This document shows positions 60,831-64,000 of a stretch of 64,000 bases of DNA, in pieces (the first letter of the stretch is position 1; each line of letters starts with the position of its first letter). Source of the stretch: Patescibacteria group bacterium UBA5147. Its GTDB lineage: Bacteria; Patescibacteriota; Saccharimonadia; UBA4664. The stretch covers positions 152,213 to 216,212 of the forward strand of contig DHXV01000003.1 in the NCBI GenBank assembly GCA_002415345.1. The letters run 5' to 3'. The notes below the pieces were generated by a model, which was not told the DNA's origin, searched no databases, and worked only from the letters and a program-made list of their open reading frames with translations. Both the position numbers and the translations under genes were made by a program.

Positions 60831-61148
60831 TCACAGATCAGTAACTTTCTCCGTAAATTGGGGCTTTTCAACGACGGCAAATGTGTCGGCTTTGTATAAG
60901 GGCATATCTTGGGATAAATCGGCATGGGATTGTATGACAATGAACCCGCGAGGGTAATTTCGTCTTAGTTCACGACGCTGATGCAGACTGACTTCGATAA
61001 TTTCTTCGCAGGTTGATAACGCACATTCACATCTCACCCGCAGCGGCAACGAATCGATTATGCCACTCCCCATAATACTTTTGATTACGCCGTAGCTACG
61101 AATATTGCTCGCGCGTCGGATGGTTGCAAGTTGATCCTCGGCGGTCAT
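60831..61148 (-). CDS. hypothetical small Cys-containing protein, translationally coupled to the KaiC-like gene
   Basis: 105 aa; CxC...C cluster VRCECALSTCEE; start 4 bp inside the KaiC-like stop; no resemblance to KaiB that I can see. Confidence 0.5.
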   Translation of the reverse strand: MTAEDQLATIRRASNIRSYGVIKSIMGSGIIDSLPLRVRCECALSTCEEIIEVSLHQRRELRRNYPRGFIVIQSHADLSQDMPLYKADTFAVVEKPQFTEKVTDL

Positions 61149-61151
61149 ATG

Positions 61152-62657
61152 TCACCCCTCAAATTGATTGCCGACGATGAGGCCTGCTTTACCAATACTG
61201 AACTCATAAATACCTTTTTCATGGTCGGAGCCACGCATTTTAAGCACGCTGAGCAGCTTGCGCACCTCTTGGTCGCGCTCGACGTAGCGCATGAGGACAA
61301 TACCATCAACGATCGGGCTTAGTTGTAGTTCGGATGCCATGGTGCCGCCCATCAACTGTTTGGTGTTTGCGTCAAACATTTCAGTTGTGCGGTATGTCAC
61401 CAGGCAATTGATGCCGTTGCTTTTAAAGAAGGCGGTGAGTTGCAGGAGAAAATCGCGAACGTAATCTCGCGCATAGGCGCTGGACTCCATCGATGAAATC
61501 GAATCGATCACCACTCGCTTGATGCCGTTTTCTTCAACAGCGTGGACGATTTCGTAGAGCAGTTTGTCCGGATAAATATCAATAAAATCGGCTGAAACGC
61601 TCATGAGCGTCTTATCGTTCAAATGCTTGTCGAAATCCCAGCCGTGTTCTTTGGCGGTCTTAATAATTTGGGTTATCGATTCTTCAAGTGATACAAGCAG
61701 GCCTGCCTCGCCTTGTTTAATGCCTTCTTCCAGGAAGTGCATACCCAGGGTTGATTTACCAGATCCCGTGTTTCCTCCAACCAATAGAATGTGGCCTTGA
61801 GGTATGCCGCCACCCATCATTTCGTCGAGTTTCTTGACGCCGGTTTTGCGCCTGGTTTTAAAATCTGTCATGGCGGTTAATCCGTAAGTGGGAATCTTGG
61901 GGTATAAGGTCACGCCTTTGGCCGTTATTTCAAAAAATGCGCGGCCTGAACGATAATTGATGCCGCGCATTTTCTTAACCTCCAGATGGCGCATCTGCTG
62001 GTTGCGGCCCGATTCACTAGCGACGTAAATAATACCGTCAGAGATATACTCTTCTACCGGAGTTTGCGTACCGGCATCAAGATCGGCTTCACCAAGCAAC
62101 ATTACGGTCGCGCCTGGTTTCGAAAGGGCATAGCCAAGCCGGAATATAAAGCTCCGGACGGCATCTACCCCTTCAAGTTTGTAGATGAGGGCCGTAATTG
62201 AGTCTATGACAACCCGTTTTGCTTGGGTCTGATCAACCAGATTCATTATTACCGTTAGTAATTGGTCCATTTCAGTGAGCGCAATTGAGGATTTTTCCTT
62301 AAAAGGCACGCTCTTTAGCAGCATGCGCCCGTCGATGAGATGAATCCGTCCGTTTGCAATAAATGACTTATCATAAAACTCAAATTGTTGTATGTTCCTG
62401 GTCGCTTTCTCAATCTCTTCGGTGAATGATATGTATATACCCACTTCATTAGAATGCCTAGCGCCTTCAAAGAGCCATTGCTGAGCCAAAGTGGTTTTAC
62501 CTCCACCGGCCGGACCCGTTGTTAAGACCAGCGATCCATACGGAATACCGCCGTTGAGTATCTCGTCTAAGGCGGTAATGTTTGTCGGTTGGATTGTAGA
62601 TGTGGGTTTGTTCATAATAGTTGTGCCTAACTCCGACCATACCATGCGGTTAGACAT
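61152..62657 (-). CDS. KaiC-like double RecA-domain ATPase
   Basis: Two Walker A motifs (GPAGGGKTT, GNTGSGKST), two Walker B-like stretches (VVIDSITAL, VVIDSISSM), KaiC-type spacing. Start may be an internal Met with a GGAG SD. Confidence 0.8.
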   Translation of the reverse strand: MSNRMVWSELGTTIMNKPTSTIQPTNITALDEILNGGIPYGSLVLTTGPAGGGKTTLAQQWLFEGARHSNEVGIYISFTEEIEKATRNIQQFEFYDKSFIANGRIHLIDGRMLLKSVPFKEKSSIALTEMDQLLTVIMNLVDQTQAKRVVIDSITALIYKLEGVDAVRSFIFRLGYALSKPGATVMLLGEADLDAGTQTPVEEYISDGIIYVASESGRNQQMRHLEVKKMRGINYRSGRAFFEITAKGVTLYPKIPTYGLTAMTDFKTRRKTGVKKLDEMMGGGIPQGHILLVGGNTGSGKSTLGMHFLEEGIKQGEAGLLVSLEESITQIIKTAKEHGWDFDKHLNDKTLMSVSADFIDIYPDKLLYEIVHAVEENGIKRVVIDSISSMESSAYARDYVRDFLLQLTAFFKSNGINCLVTYRTTEMFDANTKQLMGGTMASELQLSPIVDGIVLMRYVERDQEVRKLLSVLKMRGSDHEKGIYEFSIGKAGLIVGNQFEG

Positions 62658-62724
62658 CTGTCATTGTTGGATTCGGCAGGAGGACTATTCGAGTCGCGGG
62701 TATATTTTAGGGTTTGAGGTCCTG

Positions 62725-64000
62725 TCAGAGACCAGCAGTTTGCTCCTCTAATGAAGCCACCAAGGTCTCAAGCTCAAGCGTCGCAACACCTACAACGTGG
62801 TCGGCTCCGCCATAATAGAGATAGACTGTGCCGTCGCGCACTATCTGACCGCACGGGAAGACGACATTAGCAATCCAACCCTCACGTTCCCAACTTTCCA
62901 TCGGGGTCAACAGGGGCTGGGAGGTCCGGCCCAGGACATGCGTCAGGTCACGCGAGTCCAGGAGAACTGCGCCCAGGCAATAATGACCCTCGGCAGTGAT
63001 ACCGTGGTAAAACAACACCCAGCCGGCACGGGTCTTTATCGGCGGTCCGGCAATGCCGACCTTACGAGCGTCCCACATGCCCGGCCTCGCCCCGAATATC
63101 TGAATGCAGCGGGTCAACTGTTCTGAGCGGAAGTCGGGGTTATCGACAAAGTCGGCACATACATGGCCTTCGATGCGGTGCAGGACCATGTAGCGGCCAT
63201 CAATTTTCTCGGGCACGATGCAAGCGTCCTTATCGTCGATGCCCGCGGGCGAGATGAGGAGTGGCTGAGTCCAGGCATCCCAGCGATGGGCCAGGAAGTC
63301 GGCCACGCTGATCGAACTGGTAGCCACCCTGGGCGCCGACACGCTATCGTAGGCGGTGTAGGTAATGTAGAGGCGATCATCAATCCGAACTACCCGGGCG
63401 TCTTCACAACCGGAATTGTCGGTCGGTCCGCCGTGTTTCATTTCGAAATCCGCCCGAGGGACATAAATCGGGCCGTCCATCCGCTCGTCGATATCAAACC
63501 CGTTGCGGCTGCGGGCAAGCCCGATGACCGAAGTATTGGCCGGCCCCACGGCGCGGTACAAAATATAGACATCACCCTCCAGCTCGATTGCCGCCGGGTT
63601 CAACACATGGCTCGCCTCCCAGTCGTGATCGGGCACGGGAGCCAGAATGGGGTTATTGACGTAACGTTCTGCATGCTGCTTGATGCTTCCATCCTGAGAC
63701 ATGCTTTCCAGGAGAGCACGCATACTCAATGTGGCCCGGCAGCAGGAAGTATCAGTGGCACCGTAATATATCGTCAGACGGTCTTCCACGCAGACTGCTC
63801 CGGAAGGAAAAATAATCCGGGGCAGTCGGCCGTACTTTTCATAGCCTTCTTCCGGTACCATAAACGGATAGGTCGTCCGGCCGACCAATTTTGTCGGGTC
63901 GTCCAAATCAAGCAAGGCGGCTTCGATGCCAAAGATCTTTTGCTCAGAAAAGTAATTCTGGATATGCGAATAGACCAGCAGCCAACCGCGCTCGGTCTTA
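62725..64000 (-). CDS. GH130-family glycoside hydrolase/phosphorylase with tandem domains, 5' end beyond window
   Basis: GH130 hallmarks WEASHVLNPAAI, DARVVRIDDRLYITYTA, GWVLFYHG; the frame stays open upstream of the annotated start to position 64000 (…ERGWLLVYSHI…), so the gene is N-terminally truncated by the window. Confidence 0.7.
   Translation of the reverse strand, partial: KTERGWLLVYSHIQNYFSEQKIFGIEAALLDLDDPTKLVGRTTYPFMVPEEGYEKYGRLPRIIFPSGAVCVEDRLTIYYGATDTSCCRATLSMRALLESMSQDGSIKQHAERYVNNPILAPVPDHDWEASHVLNPAAIELEGDVYILYRAVGPANTSVIGLARSRNGFDIDERMDGPIYVPRADFEMKHGGPTDNSGCEDARVVRIDDRLYITYTAYDSVSAPRVATSSISVADFLAHRWDAWTQPLLISPAGIDDKDACIVPEKIDGRYMVLHRIEGHVCADFVDNPDFRSEQLTRCIQIFGARPGMWDARKVGIAGPPIKTRAGWVLFYHGITAEGHYCLGAVLLDSRDLTHVLGRTSQPLLTPMESWEREGWIANVVFPCGQIVRDGTVYLYYGGADHVVGVATLELETLVASLEEQTAGL

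Overview
The window is a gene-dense, ~55% GC bacterial chromosomal segment with about 70 protein genes, two tRNAs and no rRNA, CRISPR array or recognisable transposase/integrase. TGA is used as a normal stop (e.g. der), so the standard code applies. Housekeeping content on the minus strand at the left end includes pth (partial), der/engA, a D-Ala-D-Ala carboxypeptidase, a 16S pseudouridine synthase and scpB-scpA. There are two sensor histidine kinases, each paired with a receiver-only response regulator. Around tRNA-Glu(CTC) the 19-nt tRNA 3' end is duplicated 110 bp downstream, followed by orphan hypothetical genes and a marR-MFS efflux pair. A cell-envelope block follows: LysM/Rpf-like muralytic protein, FKBP PPIase, RlpA-like DPBB protein, DUF3048 protein, gltX, a zinc-ribbon membrane protein, WecB/TagA glycosyltransferase, O-antigen-ligase-like protein, mreB, a PEGA/beta-propeller protein and a sortase. 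tRNA-Leu(CAA) is present, next to a SAM methyltransferase interrupted by an in-frame TGA. Further genes include a RecD-like helicase, thermonuclease, peroxiredoxin, mscL, a second paralogous MFS pump and rlmD/rumA. A complete F1Fo ATP synthase operon is present (atpI-like, B, E, F, a short H, A, G, D, C). Next come sbcB, a GT4 glycosyltransferase with a large glycoside hydrolase, rnhA, a YedK/SRAP peptidase, and metK preceded by what reads as a SAM-I (S-box) riboswitch. The right end holds a P-type cation ATPase, lepB, a Crp/Fnr regulator divergent from an ABC-2 exporter with a CRP-like palindrome between them, and a minus-strand cluster of flavodoxin, lone phaC-like PHA synthase, a KaiC-like double-RecA ATPase with a small Cys-rich partner, and a tandem GH130 phosphorylase (5' end off-window). 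The candidates worth follow-up are the KaiC-like/PhaC cluster, the metK riboswitch, the tRNA-Glu-associated orphan gene region and the receiver-only two-component pairs. Everything is inferred from reading the sequence and ORF translations; no searches were run.
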